The notes: generated from the sequence alone by a model not told the origin. Positions 29,406 through 39,841 are shown, numbered from the stretch's first letter. The stretch: DNA of 64,000 bases from an uncultured bacterium (GCA_963977015.1 CAXBMO010000018.1:32001-96000); one strand, 5' to 3'. Numbers and translations: made by a program.

Positions 29406-30893
29406 ATGAAGTCTAAATTCGCCCTACCTGTCCCCCCTCGATCGCTCAACGAGAAAGTCGCTCAGCCGAAATCTCGCTACGCCCATGAACTTTCCGGTCA
29501 GGGAAAGACTTCTTCCGCTCCGGTGGCCAAACCATCCGGGCTCTTGATGAACACACCCCGGAGCGCGCAGGGTGCCCGGAAGAGCGCATTTCTTTCCGCC
29601 CGCGACAGCGAGGCAACTCCGCAGCCAGTAGTCGCAGCGGCTCCAGCAAAACCAGCGGTTCCAACACCAGCACCCGCGAAGCCGACGGCGACTCCAGCCG
29701 TTCCAACGCCCGGACCCGCGATACCGGCGGCGACTCCATCTGTTCCAACGCCCGGACCCGCGAAACCAGCGGCGTCTCCAGCCGTTCCAACGCCTGCGCC
29801 CGCGAAACCGGCGGCGACTCCATCTGTTCCAACGCCCGGCCCAGCAAAACCGGCGGCGTCTCCTACGGTTCCAACGCCGGAACCCGCGAAACCAGCAGCA
29901 TCTCCAGCCGCTCCAACTCCGGAACCCGCGAAACCAGCAGCGTCTCCAACCGTTCCAACGCCGGCCCCCGCGAAACCAGCAGCGTCTCCAGCCGTTCCAA
30001 CGCCGGAGCCCGCGAAACCAGCGGCGACTCCAACCGTTCCAACGCCCGAGCCCGCAAAACCAGCTGCGTCTCCAGCCGTTCCAACGCCGGAGCCCACAAA
30101 ACCAGCGGCGACTCCAACGGTTCCAACACCCGGCCCCGCAAAACCAGCTGCGTCTCCAGCCGTTCCAACGCCCGAGCCCGCAAAACCAGCTGCGTCCCCA
30201 GCCGTTCCAACGCCCGAGCCCGCAAAACCAGCAGCGTCTCCAACGGTCCCAACGCCGGAACCGGCAAAACCAGCGGCGTCTCCAGCCGTTCCAACTCCGG
30301 AACCCGCGAAACCAGTTGCGTCTCCAGCCGTCCCAACGCCGGAACCCGCGAAACCAGCGGCGACTCCAGCCGTTCCAACGCCGGAACCCGCGAAACCAGC
30401 TGCGTCTCCAGCCGTTCCAACTCCGGAACCCGCGAAACCAGCAGCGACTCCAGCCGTTCCAACGCCGGAACCCGCGAAACCAGCAGCTTCTCCAACCGTT
30501 CCAACGCCGGAACCCGCGAAACCAGCAGCGACTCCAACGGTTCCAACTCCGGAACCCGCGAAACCAGCGGCGTCTCCAGCCGTTCCAACGCCGGAACCGG
30601 CAAAATCCGCTCCCCAACCTGCGCCCGCCTCTCCTCCGCCAAGCGAGAAGGTCGCTGCGGTTGCCGCCAAGCGGAGCATTCCAGCCGAAGCTCAAGGCGC
30701 CGCCGCCGCCGCGAAAAAGGCGGCAAGCAATGAGCCGAGCGATACTCGACCACGCTGGATCCTCATGATTCTCTTTCTGGTCGCTTTTATTGCCTTTGCC
30801 GTGCTGGTGGTGCTTCCCCGGATTAACTCCTCGTCAGCCGAAGACAGCGGCGCTCAGGGAGAGACAGAGACTCCCGCCGCCACGACCGAATAG
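29406..30893 (+). CDS. Pro/Ala-rich repeat protein with a C-terminal TM helix
   Basis: 22 tandem PAKPAA(S/T)P(A/T)VPTP(E/G/A) units, then WILMILFLVAFIAFAVLVVL; repeat variation is largely at third codon positions in this frame. Confidence 0.82.
   Translation: MKSKFALPVPPRSLNEKVAQPKSRYAHELSGQGKTSSAPVAKPSGLLMNTPRSAQGARKSAFLSARDSEATPQPVVAAAPAKPAVPTPAPAKPTATPAVPTPGPAIPAATPSVPTPGPAKPAASPAVPTPAPAKPAATPSVPTPGPAKPAASPTVPTPEPAKPAASPAAPTPEPAKPAASPTVPTPAPAKPAASPAVPTPEPAKPAATPTVPTPEPAKPAASPAVPTPEPTKPAATPTVPTPGPAKPAASPAVPTPEPAKPAASPAVPTPEPAKPAASPTVPTPEPAKPAASPAVPTPEPAKPVASPAVPTPEPAKPAATPAVPTPEPAKPAASPAVPTPEPAKPAATPAVPTPEPAKPAASPTVPTPEPAKPAATPTVPTPEPAKPAASPAVPTPEPAKSAPQPAPASPPPSEKVAAVAAKRSIPAEAQGAAAAAKKAASNEPSDTRPRWILMILFLVAFIAFAVLVVLPRINSSSAEDSGAQGETETPAATTE
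29673..30596 (+). repeat. Coding tandem repeat, 22 x 42 bp
   Basis: Unit approximately CCCGCGAAACCAGCGGCGTCTCCAGCCGTTCCAACGCCGGAA. Confidence 0.95.
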
Positions 30894-30919
30894 GGCAGCT
30901 CATCTCTATTGAAAATGCT

Positions 30920-31789
30920 CTAACTCGACAAAGCGAGGCTTCCTCGATCCTGATCGAGCAACTTCAAGAGTTGTCGATAGTCCGCGACCTGCTCCTCCAA
31001 CACTTGAGCGGCCACGCGGCGAGCCGATCCCGAAACCTTGCTCTGATTGAGGGCCTCCAACTGAGTTCGCGAGTTCTCGGCGCAGTATCGATCTCGAGTT
31101 TCCACCCCTAAAAATTGATGGATCTCACCCAATAACTGGGCCGGTGCACGACACAAGGCTTCGAACTGCCCGAGAAAGACGTTGCCGGAGCCAAGTTGCC
31201 CCTGCCATCGTTCAATCAGCTCGGAATACAGCATGGATTGGCCTTCGTAATCAGACCGCAGAAAGACGCCGAGCTCGCTGTCGGGAATTTGATTGAGGGA
31301 AACGCCGAATTTTCGGGCAAACACTTTCTCCGCCGATGCCACCGCCCGATCAACCGGATCGCGCAGGATCAAAATGGCCTTGAGACCGGAATTCAGCATC
31401 GCGATTTCTTCGACCACTTCGCGGGACAAGCTCGCGTAGGACTCCGACATATCGCCGATGATTTGAGGCCGATAAACCGTCCCGAAACGTCGCAGTGCTT
31501 CGAAGGTTTTTTTGGCAAAACGCCCGGGCGTATCCTGCAGGTGTTCCAGGTATTGCCGAAAAGAGGGCTGCACGAAAGGAGACCGCCTCTTTGTTCCCAA
31601 ATCTGCAATGAACTTGTTTTCAGTCGATTGCGGCAAAAAGACCTGCGGATGAGCGCTCAGGTTCGCATGAAGCCATTCCGTCCCCGTCTCCGGAGGGCTG
31701 ATCACCAGGAAGTCGGGAAACCGGGAAAGGTCGGACTCAGAAACATCATGGAGGGAAATTCGGCGAACTCGGGGCTGAGAATCGTTCAT
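30920..31789 (-). CDS. Sulfotransferase-family protein (divergent PAPS-binding loop)
   Basis: PDFLVISPPETGTEWL...HPQVF, KAILILRDPVDRAVS, YSELIERW. Confidence 0.8.
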   Translation of the reverse strand: MNDSQPRVRRISLHDVSESDLSRFPDFLVISPPETGTEWLHANLSAHPQVFLPQSTENKFIADLGTKRRSPFVQPSFRQYLEHLQDTPGRFAKKTFEALRRFGTVYRPQIIGDMSESYASLSREVVEEIAMLNSGLKAILILRDPVDRAVASAEKVFARKFGVSLNQIPDSELGVFLRSDYEGQSMLYSELIERWQGQLGSGNVFLGQFEALCRAPAQLLGEIHQFLGVETRDRYCAENSRTQLEALNQSKVSGSARRVAAQVLEEQVADYRQLLKLLDQDRGSLALSS

Positions 31790-31811
31790 GTTTCGGAAAC
31801 GCGGTGGGGTA

Positions 31812-31835
31812 GATAATTAGGTTATCCTAATTATC
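31812..31835. promoter_or_regulatory. Perfect inverted repeat, candidate operator
   Basis: GATAATTAGG-TTAT-CCTAATTATC, 23 nt upstream of the sulfotransferase start. Confidence 0.55.
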
Positions 31836-31961
31836 CTGCAACCAAAACTTTCTCCCCCGCTCTGGCAAGAAACAAAAACGCCCGGTTTCCTCAGGGGGAT
31901 CGTTTTTAGCTCTGCTGCTGATGCTACTCTTGTCGACGATGGTGTTGATCGTCCAAACCAT

Positions 31962-33719
31962 CTACTTTTTGCTTGGAACCAGCATAGCCTTGATTTCTAT
32001 CACGGCCGTGTCACCAGGCGCGACCGTCTCCCACTGAGCCGCGTCGTTCTTTCTCCCATCGAACGCGAAGGCCGGCATCACTTCGTAGGTCGTACCATTC
32101 AGGATCACCTCCGGCCAGGAATATCCTTGACCAAGTTTCAGAAACTGGATGGTGTCGGGCGACGTCACCGGGTCGTTGCCTCGATCCAATTTGACCAGGA
32201 TTTTGAAACCGCTCTCCACAACTTCCGGGACCTCAAAATTGACATCGAAGTCCAGGTCGAACTGGTTAACTTCGGAGCGATCGATGGTAATACCGTTGTG
32301 ATAGCTGAAGGTTCCGATCACAAACGGTTCGCTGATATCACCGGAGAATGGCGCACCGGTTGACAATCCACCTTCGGCGATGACCGTGGGGGCCGCTTTT
32401 TCACCGCTCTCCAGGAAGGTGCTGTTCTTGGGCATCTTGGCGATGATTTCGTCATCCGGCAAATCAGCGCCCTCCAGCAATTTCTTGATCGTCGCGGGGT
32501 TGCTGCCGTCCACGCCGTCATAGTTGTTGCCGTGGCCGTTGTTGCTCTTCATTTTATACTTCCACTTGTTTCCATTCCCCGTGGGCTTTTTCATCTTGGT
32601 ATCGGTGTAGCCGGCAAGGGTCGGCGGCGCCGACGAGGAAGCGGGGCCGGAAATGTCCACTGAAGCCACGCTGCTCGCCAGGTATTTGCCCACGGAAGCC
32701 GAATTTGGAACGGCGCGCGCCATCACCGTTGCGCCGGAGGGATGGGCGGAAGCCAGGAGGGAAATCGCCCCCAAGTAGCTCTGCCACGCCCCCCCGTTGA
32801 TGGCGTATTCCACATCGCACACACCGGAGCTGTTCGGGTTGGCGACGATCACGTCCACGCTGACGGAAAGGCTCCCCAATGCCAGAGAGGAGGCGGTGAG
32901 CGTCGGCTCGACCAGCTGGATGAGCGGCAGACTCACCGTTTCCGAAGCCACGGAGCTGACGTCGAAGATCGCGGCGTAGGTCGGAAGCGGCGTGGCCCGG
33001 GCCAGGACTTCCACCGTGGAAGAATGGTCGAGAATGGATAGAGATAGCGCGCCGGTGTATTCCTGCCAGGTCGTGGCCGCATCGAGCGAGAGCTCAAGCA
33101 GGCATACGCCGGGATCATTGGGATTCGTCAAGTCGACGAGAGCGACCGGCGAGCTGTTCGGTAAATTGGAGATGCTTTGGCTGATCGAAGGGGTGTCCAG
33201 CGGAATCGAATCCGGTTCCACAATAACCAGCGGAGGCGATGGTGGTGGCGAAGGCACCGACGAGCCGCCACCGGATCCCGAACTGCCTCCCGATCCTCCG
33301 CCGTCGGATGAACTCCCTCCGTCCGATCCAACCTCTGAACCACCAAGCGAGACAACGGTGGGCACCGGAGGGGGAAGTGGGCTACTTTCCGGCATCGTGG
33401 AGGCCGCTTCATCAATCTGATGACCCCAGACCAATCGAACCGGTCGGGACAGGGAAGGCCCACCAGGCAGCGAATCCACGGCAGACATCTCCATCCCAAA
33501 TACGTAGGCCTGCTCCTCGGCGGAAAGGTAACTCAGCCCCTCGGCCAGTAGCCAGGCATCGTCAATGCAATCGCGGACCGGTGCACCACGGTCAATCGCA
33601 ATCAATTGCGCCAAAAAGGACGCCGATTCCGGGGAGTAGGTAATCTGGGCGGCGGATTGCGACACGAGGCCACAACTCACCATCAGTAGCGCAAACAGGG
33701 GTTTATGGAGGGGTTTCAT
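31962..33719 (-). CDS. Secreted surface/adhesin-like protein
   Basis: Signal peptide, Gly/Ser/Pro linker, two similar beta-rich repeats (NPN..GVC..E.....WQ.Y.GA), SNNGHGNNYDGVDGSNP motif, C-terminal FVIGTFSYHNG domain. Confidence 0.75.
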   Translation of the reverse strand: MKPLHKPLFALLMVSCGLVSQSAAQITYSPESASFLAQLIAIDRGAPVRDCIDDAWLLAEGLSYLSAEEQAYVFGMEMSAVDSLPGGPSLSRPVRLVWGHQIDEAASTMPESSPLPPPVPTVVSLGGSEVGSDGGSSSDGGGSGGSSGSGGGSSVPSPPPSPPLVIVEPDSIPLDTPSISQSISNLPNSSPVALVDLTNPNDPGVCLLELSLDAATTWQEYTGALSLSILDHSSTVEVLARATPLPTYAAIFDVSSVASETVSLPLIQLVEPTLTASSLALGSLSVSVDVIVANPNSSGVCDVEYAINGGAWQSYLGAISLLASAHPSGATVMARAVPNSASVGKYLASSVASVDISGPASSSAPPTLAGYTDTKMKKPTGNGNKWKYKMKSNNGHGNNYDGVDGSNPATIKKLLEGADLPDDEIIAKMPKNSTFLESGEKAAPTVIAEGGLSTGAPFSGDISEPFVIGTFSYHNGITIDRSEVNQFDLDFDVNFEVPEVVESGFKILVKLDRGNDPVTSPDTIQFLKLGQGYSWPEVILNGTTYEVMPAFAFDGRKNDAAQWETVAPGDTAVIEIKAMLVPSKK

Positions 33720-33722
33720 GGA

Positions 33723-34223
33723 TCAGTAGTTTACAAACTCAAGGTTGGTTACCCCGGTTCTTGGCTCAGCCGATAAATTCCCAAAGCCAGTGAGCGCATC
33801 GTGCGTTGCTAGATTGTTCAAATCCCGGTATTCCAAGCGAACCACCTTCGAATCCAATACCCGTTCCAGTCTTTCGGTAACTGGAAAGATGTTGCTTTCC
33901 GGGATTTGGTTAATCGTGTAAACCATGCGCCGCTCCTCCCGCTGCACCTCAATTCCGCAATTCATCCAACGCACGGTGGCTTCTACGCCACCCAGTGAGT
34001 CGGGAATCACATGGTAGATGCCCATGCCCGCCAAAACGCCCGAGGTGCTATCAACTTCCAGCGCATTATGGGTTACCACGGTCTCATCCACATTCTGGGG
34101 GACACTCCTCAAGCCCAAAATGGCCACCCCGGTAAGGATGCCGACAATGGAAACAACGCCAAGCATCTCAACCAGAGATAAGGCGCCATTGCGACTACGA
34201 GCAACAAAGTGCGGAGTGGTCAT
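33723..34223 (-). CDS. Prepilin-type N-terminal cleavage/methylation protein
   Basis: RSRNGA-LSLVEMLGVVSIVGILTGVAI class III signal with E5; start placed at MTTPHF. Confidence 0.75.
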   Translation of the reverse strand: MTTPHFVARSRNGALSLVEMLGVVSIVGILTGVAILGLRSVPQNVDETVVTHNALEVDSTSGVLAGMGIYHVIPDSLGGVEATVRWMNCGIEVQREERRMVYTINQIPESNIFPVTERLERVLDSKVVRLEYRDLNNLATHDALTGFGNLSAEPRTGVTNLEFVNY

Positions 34224-34690
34224 AATTACCATAAATACAACATTTTTGATACTTGCGTCAAGACGGAGATGAATCCAGCTTTTGGGAATCGAATTTGCGC
34301 AACACACACCGTATTCAGCACGAGCGGGTTCTGCCGATTCCCACACGATCCATTTTTTTTCAATTCCACCCGTGAATCGACCAATCCCGCGGTATTTTCA
34401 CCTCTGAGAGCGACCGATACTCCGAGAAAATGCCGCAGTCTGTCCCGGAAGCACGGCGTGGAGAGCGAGATGAACGAATTCGGAGCGAGCTCCGAAAGCA
34501 CAAGGTTCTTGCGACCGACCAGTCGGTGATCGTCAGGAAAGACGACCGCCGCTTCGGGTTTTAACGGATTTCACTCCCCACAAAACCGCGCAGCGCGCCC
34601 AAGCTTCAACTTCGAATGATCGCCGCTTGGAGCAGTTTCCGTGAACCTGCATCGGCGACACCTCCACTGAAACGCTCTGGGCGCCTGTAA

Positions 34691-36361
34691 TCACGGGAGA
34701 GGATGAGAGCGATTCAGCTCCATCACTTTGAGCCGGATTTCTTCCAGCTTCGCGGCATCTTCGCGATTGGTCAGCGCCTCGTGGATGAATCCGGCGATCA
34801 ATTCCATTTCAGGCTCTTTCATCCCACGAGTCGTAACTGCAGGCGTTCCAATTCGAACACCTCCGCCTTTGAAGGGACTCTCTGTATCGAACGGAATGGA
34901 ATTCTTGTTCACGGTGATGCCGGCGTGATCCAACGCTTCCTGGGCGACTTTCCCATTCATACCGCTGGGGCGAAGATCCACCATGAAGAGGTGGTTCTGC
35001 GTTCCGCCGGAAATGATGCGATAGCCATGTCCCGCCAGTTTTTCAGCCAGGAACGAAGCGTTTTTGATGACCTGAGCCTGGTAATCCTTGAACCCGGGCT
35101 GCAACGCCTCGTGAAAACAGACTGCTTTGGCGGCAATCACGTGCATCAACGGTCCTCCTTGAACTCCGGGAAAGACCATCGCGTTGACCTTCTTGGCAAG
35201 ATCTTCATCATTCGTCAAAATCAGACCACCTCGCGGTCCGCGAAGGCTCTTGTGCGTCGTCGTCGTGACGAAATGCGCGTGCTCGATCGGGCTGGGGTGT
35301 ACGCCCGCCGCAACGAGACCGGCGATGTGCGCCATATCAACAAAGAGATACGCGCCGACGGAGTCCGCGATTTCGCGCATTCGGGGAAAATCGATGATCT
35401 TGGAATACGCACTCGCCCCCGCCGTGATCATCTTGGGCTGGTATTCCTTCGCAGCTACCGACAGTTGATCGTAATCAATTTCCTCGGTTTCCTTGGAAAC
35501 GCCATAGTGTTGAACCTCATAAAGTTTCCCGGAGAAGTTCGCAAAATGCCCGTGCGTCAGGTGACCGCCGTGGCTCAAATCCATCGTCAGAATCTTGTCG
35601 CCGGGCTCCAGAACGCTGAAGTAGACCGCTGCGTTTGCCTGCGAACCGCTGTGAGGCTGAACATTGGCGAATTTCGCGCTGAACAGCTGCTTGGCGCGTT
35701 CAATCGCCAAATCCTCAACCACGTCCACGTTCTCACAGCCTCCGTACCAGCGGCGTCCGGGGTATCCTTCGGCATACTTATTGGTCAAGACCGAACCTTG
35801 AGCCTGGCGAACGGCCGAACTGGCGAAGTTCTCACTGGCGATCAGCTCGATGTTGTCGGTCTGCCGGCGTCGTTCTGCCTTGATCGCGGCAAAAATTTCC
35901 GGATCAACCTGAGACAGGGACCTTCCGCTGATCTTGTCGACCCGGCGTTCGTGACGGCCGCCTTCAAAGGTGGTGGAAAGGTACTTTTCCAGAATCTCTT
36001 TGGCTTGTTCGAACGTCGTCTTCGCCCCGCTCAGGCAGATGACGTTGGAATCATTGTGCGAGCGCGAAAGCACCGCCATATCGACGTCGTAAACCTGGGC
36101 CGCACGCACATCCGCATACTTGTTCGCCGTAATGCAGACGCCGACTGCAGACGTGCAAACCAAGACCCCGAAGTCCGCATCCCCACTGTCGACCGCGTCC
36201 GCCACCGCATGGGCAAAATCCGGATAATCAACGGAATCGTTGCCATGGGTGCCGACATCACGCAAGTCGTGACCTCGCTCGGCTAACCAAGCGGCAAGTT
36301 GCTCTTTCAATTCGACTCCGCCGTGATCGGCGCCAATGACAATGCTAGGGCGATCGCTCAT
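34691..36361 (-). CDS. glyA: Fused ribose-5-phosphate isomerase B / serine hydroxymethyltransferase
   Basis: N-terminal [20 protein letters not shown] (RpiB); then [30 protein letters not shown] (SHMT), all in one frame. Confidence 0.95.
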   Translation of the reverse strand: MSDRPSIVIGADHGGVELKEQLAAWLAERGHDLRDVGTHGNDSVDYPDFAHAVADAVDSGDADFGVLVCTSAVGVCITANKYADVRAAQVYDVDMAVLSRSHNDSNVICLSGAKTTFEQAKEILEKYLSTTFEGGRHERRVDKISGRSLSQVDPEIFAAIKAERRRQTDNIELIASENFASSAVRQAQGSVLTNKYAEGYPGRRWYGGCENVDVVEDLAIERAKQLFSAKFANVQPHSGSQANAAVYFSVLEPGDKILTMDLSHGGHLTHGHFANFSGKLYEVQHYGVSKETEEIDYDQLSVAAKEYQPKMITAGASAYSKIIDFPRMREIADSVGAYLFVDMAHIAGLVAAGVHPSPIEHAHFVTTTTHKSLRGPRGGLILTNDEDLAKKVNAMVFPGVQGGPLMHVIAAKAVCFHEALQPGFKDYQAQVIKNASFLAEKLAGHGYRIISGGTQNHLFMVDLRPSGMNGKVAQEALDHAGITVNKNSIPFDTESPFKGGGVRIGTPAVTTRGMKEPEMELIAGFIHEALTNREDAAKLEEIRLKVMELNRSHPLP

Positions 36362-36412
36362 ATGTAGGTGCTGTGGGAAAAAACGTTGGCATACCCGCTA
36401 GGGCCTTGCCTG

Positions 36413-36913
36413 TCAATCGGGACTTGTGTCAGCAGAGCCCGTCTCGCGGACAAATTCCAATACGGCCGGCAACGATTCCCGGATCAAATCCCGCGTCGCT
36501 TCATAGGCATCGCGCCCCATTCCGATTGGATCCGGAACATCCAGCAAACCGTGTTTCGCGTCATCGGGTTCCGCACCGTGCGCCAACTCCCTGAGCAAAA
36601 ACGTCTTTTCCTTGGCGAAGGGGAAAATCATCTCAATCGCCTCCTTGTGGCCCTGAGTCATGGCAAAAATGTGGGTTGCCTGCTTGGCCAATTGCTCGGT
36701 GAGCTGGCTACTTCTCTGGCGGGTAATATCAACGCCAACCTCCTGCAACACGCTCACAGAATGTTCACTGGGTGGCCTCCCCTCCATCACACTGAGACCG
36801 GCTGACGTAACCAAAATATCGTCTTTCCCGTCCAAGGCAGCACGAAACAGGCCCTCAGCCATCGGGCTGCGACAGACATTTCCGGTGCAAACAAAGAGAA
36901 TTCTAGCCATCAA
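36413..36913 (-). CDS. Low-molecular-weight protein tyrosine/arginine phosphatase
   Basis: VCTGNVCRSPMAE P-loop and DVPDPIG. Confidence 0.93.
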   Translation of the reverse strand: MMARILFVCTGNVCRSPMAEGLFRAALDGKDDILVTSAGLSVMEGRPPSEHSVSVLQEVGVDITRQRSSQLTEQLAKQATHIFAMTQGHKEAIEMIFPFAKEKTFLLRELAHGAEPDDAKHGLLDVPDPIGMGRDAYEATRDLIRESLPAVLEFVRETGSADTSPD

Positions 36914-37023
36914 ATTACCCTCGTGTGGCAGGGAACAATGTCAAACCGGGGAGTTTTCCGATTGCTCGACCGAACTTCAAATTGCCGTGGAAAAACTCAG
37001 AAATCGGTCGAAGGGTTTCCCCA

Positions 37024-37794
37024 ATGAAACTCCTGACTTGTTGCCTGATATTCACGGTCTCCCTCGCCTCTGCTCAATCGAATTTGGGCGAATATGCAGC
37101 CAAAACCTGGGAGAGCCCGAATGGCGGCACGTTCAACTACCGCACGCGCATTCCCTCCAAGCTCGATCAAGCCGAACAATACCCGGTTCTCGTCTTTCTG
37201 CATGGCGCTGGCGGTCGCGGCGACAACAACATCGGGCAACTGGCCGACGCGGGAGCAATCACCGCGTTTGAGAAGCGGTCCCTGGGATCCGAACTCCCCG
37301 CTTTCGTCTTCGCCGGCCAAGTGCCCAAAGGCGAGCTCTGGGTCGATGTCAAATGGACCACTCTTGAACACCGGATGCCCGCGATCTCCAATTCCATGCG
37401 AATGATGTTCGAAAGCCTCGACGCCTTCCTTGAGGAACACAGCGCGAACATCGATCGCAACCGCATCTACGTGATGGGGCTCAGTATGGGTGGCTACGGG
37501 ACTTGGGATGCCATGCAACGCCGCCCCGATTTCTGGGCCGCGGCCGTTCCCATTTGCGGTGGCGGAGACGTTGAGCTCGCCAAATCCATCGCCCACATTC
37601 CGTGCTGGACCTGGCATGGCGACAAGGACGGAGCCATCAACGTCAGCCGCTCGCGCGACATGGTCGCCGCCCTCAACGCCGCTGGCGGATCCCCGAAATA
37701 CACCGAGATGCCCGGAGTTGGTCACAACGTCTGGAACAACTGTTGGGCTTCGGATGAACTTTGGGAATGGCTGTTCGCACAGGTCAAGAAGTAG
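37024..37794 (+). CDS. Secreted alpha/beta hydrolase (esterase/peptidase)
   Basis: FLHGAG, GLSMGG nucleophile elbow, HGDKD, GVGH; start MKLLT. Confidence 0.88.
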   Translation: MKLLTCCLIFTVSLASAQSNLGEYAAKTWESPNGGTFNYRTRIPSKLDQAEQYPVLVFLHGAGGRGDNNIGQLADAGAITAFEKRSLGSELPAFVFAGQVPKGELWVDVKWTTLEHRMPAISNSMRMMFESLDAFLEEHSANIDRNRIYVMGLSMGGYGTWDAMQRRPDFWAAAVPICGGGDVELAKSIAHIPCWTWHGDKDGAINVSRSRDMVAALNAAGGSPKYTEMPGVGHNVWNNCWASDELWEWLFAQVKK

Positions 37795-37893
37795 CGGGAT
37801 CGCTTCAGGGCCTTTCTAGGCTGCCAGCTCAATCGGGAATTCTCCGAGGGCTCACGATTGGAATCGGGGCCTCCCCACGCCCTCCCCTTTTTC

Positions 37894-38649
37894 TCATCGC
37901 GTCCCGGCGAGCCTGACGATTTTGGCCGGGTCGATCTTCAAAATGGGCTGAGTGCCGGCATAGCTGAGAATGCCGGAGAGTTCGACAGGTTCGGCAACGA
38001 AGTCGAGAATGACGTCGTTGAGCGGTTCGCCGTTGGGTCCCATGAGGAGGAAGAATTCGTGGTTGCCTGCGGTGTCGCGAGCGAGGAACCCGACGGGAAT
38101 GCCACCGCTGATGCATTGGATGGCGCAGGCGCGATGGGGTTTGAAGGTGCCGGGGTTCATGGCGCCGAGCCAGCATTTGGAGTCGACGATTTCGCCGCGG
38201 ACAATGCAAACGCCATCGACAACGGATGGATTGAGGGGAGACTCGGTTGGGGCCGGTTTCTCCAGAACTTCGATCTCGCTGACGACTTCGAGCATGGAAT
38301 CCTGGTCCGCCGACAACAGGGACGCGGTGAGGGCGACGTGTTTGAGATGAAACGGCGCAGCTTCCTCAGCAGAGAAACCGTATTTGAAGGGTTTGACGAG
38401 AAAGTGGAGCTTTTGGCCTTCCTCGACTTCTTCGATGAGCATGGGAACCGGTTCGGCGAGGAAAACGCCCTCAATGCGGTTCTCGGCAAAGTCCCAGGTT
38501 CCCGGCCCGATGCTCTGTTGCAAGGCAGCGGTGATTCCGGCAATGGCAAGGCCGCCAACGAGCGCAATGATGGTAACGGTGCGGACAAACCCGGCGAGGG
38601 GTTTGGGAGTTTCGGATTCCCAGCCGATGAAGAATGCGTCGTTGGCCAT
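37894..38649 (-). CDS. Membrane-anchored hypothetical protein with a Cys/His cluster
   Basis: One TM helix; GEIVDSKCWLGAMNPG...HRACAIQCISGGIP. Confidence 0.8.
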   Translation of the reverse strand: MANDAFFIGWESETPKPLAGFVRTVTIIALVGGLAIAGITAALQQSIGPGTWDFAENRIEGVFLAEPVPMLIEEVEEGQKLHFLVKPFKYGFSAEEAAPFHLKHVALTASLLSADQDSMLEVVSEIEVLEKPAPTESPLNPSVVDGVCIVRGEIVDSKCWLGAMNPGTFKPHRACAIQCISGGIPVGFLARDTAGNHEFFLLMGPNGEPLNDVILDFVAEPVELSGILSYAGTQPILKIDPAKIVRLAGTR

Positions 38650-38652
38650 GAC

Positions 38653-39687
38653 TTAAACGGTGACGGGTTCGACAGCCGTGCCCGCCGGGTTGGGATTGGG
38701 ATCGATGAGGACGTTGTCGCCGTCGATGCGGAGACGAAAGGTGGGGATTTTTTCGGTGAAGGGCTCCGGCGAGGTGCCGTCTTCCGGCTTGTATTGGTAG
38801 CCGTGCCAGGGGCAGGTCAGGCAACCGTAGAGAAATTTTCCTTCGGCGAGGGGACCGTTCTGATGCTGGCAGACTCCGGAGACGGCGGAAACCTTGTTTC
38901 CCTCATACCTGAGAATCGCAACGCGCTCGCCGCCCACGGTCGCGCCAAAGGGGATGTTCTCCTCCAAGTCGCCAACTTTGCAGACCGCAACATAACCATC
39001 CTCGAGCACTTTGCGGTCGGGTTCGTGATCGAGGTCCTTCTGCTTCCACCCCGCATAAAGGTGCAGTCCAGAAACCAAGACGATGCCAATCCCGGTCAGG
39101 AACGCAAAAACGGGGTGCGTCTCGCTCTGGAGCACGCCGAAGGAAACGTGAATGATGAGCAGGGCATAGGCGACATAGACGCCCATGTGCAGGGCCTTCC
39201 AAATCGGCGCGGTGAGATTGGCCAACCAGAAATCGTGACTCGTCGCCGCCATGACGAAGAGGATGAGCAGGGCGAGGAAGCCGAAGGCTTGGAAGGGAAA
39301 ACTGGTGATGCTGGTCCCGGCATCGGTCACGAAAATGGAGACGATAGGGTTGATGTCCGAGTTGCCGTGGTAGAGCAAGGTGGCAAAGACAGAGTGGATC
39401 AGCGCAAGGAGGAACATGGTGACGCCGAGATGGCGCCGGTTGTAGAGAAGCGGGAGCCAGCGCTTGTCCAACCTCGCCATCGGCCCGATGATGAGGATGA
39501 AGTGGAGCAGGGTGATCGCAGCAACAGCAGTCGCGCGAATGAGGACGATGGGCGGAGATTCCCGGGGGTTCAGGGCGAGAGCAATGCCAATGAACGTGAC
39601 GAGAAACAGGACCACCGCGATGACGAGAATGACGTCATGCCGCTTTTTGAACGCATTCCAACCGATCGCCTGATAGGTGGCGCTCAT
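38653..39687 (-). CDS. Ferric-reductase-like (MsrQ-type heme b) TM domain fused to a Rieske [2Fe-2S] domain
   Basis: RRHLGV, LIHS, AATS, WKALH..VYVAY..IIH; CQHQNGPL and CPWHGY Rieske motifs. Confidence 0.88.
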   Translation of the reverse strand: MSATYQAIGWNAFKKRHDVILVIAVVLFLVTFIGIALALNPRESPPIVLIRATAVAAITLLHFILIIGPMARLDKRWLPLLYNRRHLGVTMFLLALIHSVFATLLYHGNSDINPIVSIFVTDAGTSITSFPFQAFGFLALLILFVMAATSHDFWLANLTAPIWKALHMGVYVAYALLIIHVSFGVLQSETHPVFAFLTGIGIVLVSGLHLYAGWKQKDLDHEPDRKVLEDGYVAVCKVGDLEENIPFGATVGGERVAILRYEGNKVSAVSGVCQHQNGPLAEGKFLYGCLTCPWHGYQYKPEDGTSPEPFTEKIPTFRLRIDGDNVLIDPNPNPAGTAVEPVTV

Positions 39688-39833
39688 TGCTCCGCTTGCG
39701 AGGGAGGTTCGGGCAGCGAATTATTCGTTGCGGGTTCTGGACGGTGCATGGTGGCGTAAATCAGGGCCAAGGCGGCGATCGCTCCAACAATGAGCCAAAG
39801 CAATCGGTGAAAACGGCGATGGGAAGTCTGCAT
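39684..39833 (-). CDS. Small membrane protein (49 aa, below the ORF-track cutoff)
   Basis: MQTSHRRFHRLLWLIVGAIAALALIYATMHRPEP...; its stop overlaps the next start as ATGA. Confidence 0.7.
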   Translation of the reverse strand: MQTSHRRFHRLLWLIVGAIAALALIYATMHRPEPATNNSLPEPPSQAEQ

Positions 39834-39841
39834 GGTGGGGG

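Noticed and set aside
29424-30753. Long minus-strand ORFs over the 42-bp repeat, or a CRISPR-like array
   Set aside because: These are shadows of a repeat whose length is a multiple of three; only the plus frame has synonymous-type variation, a TM helix and a plausible promoter.
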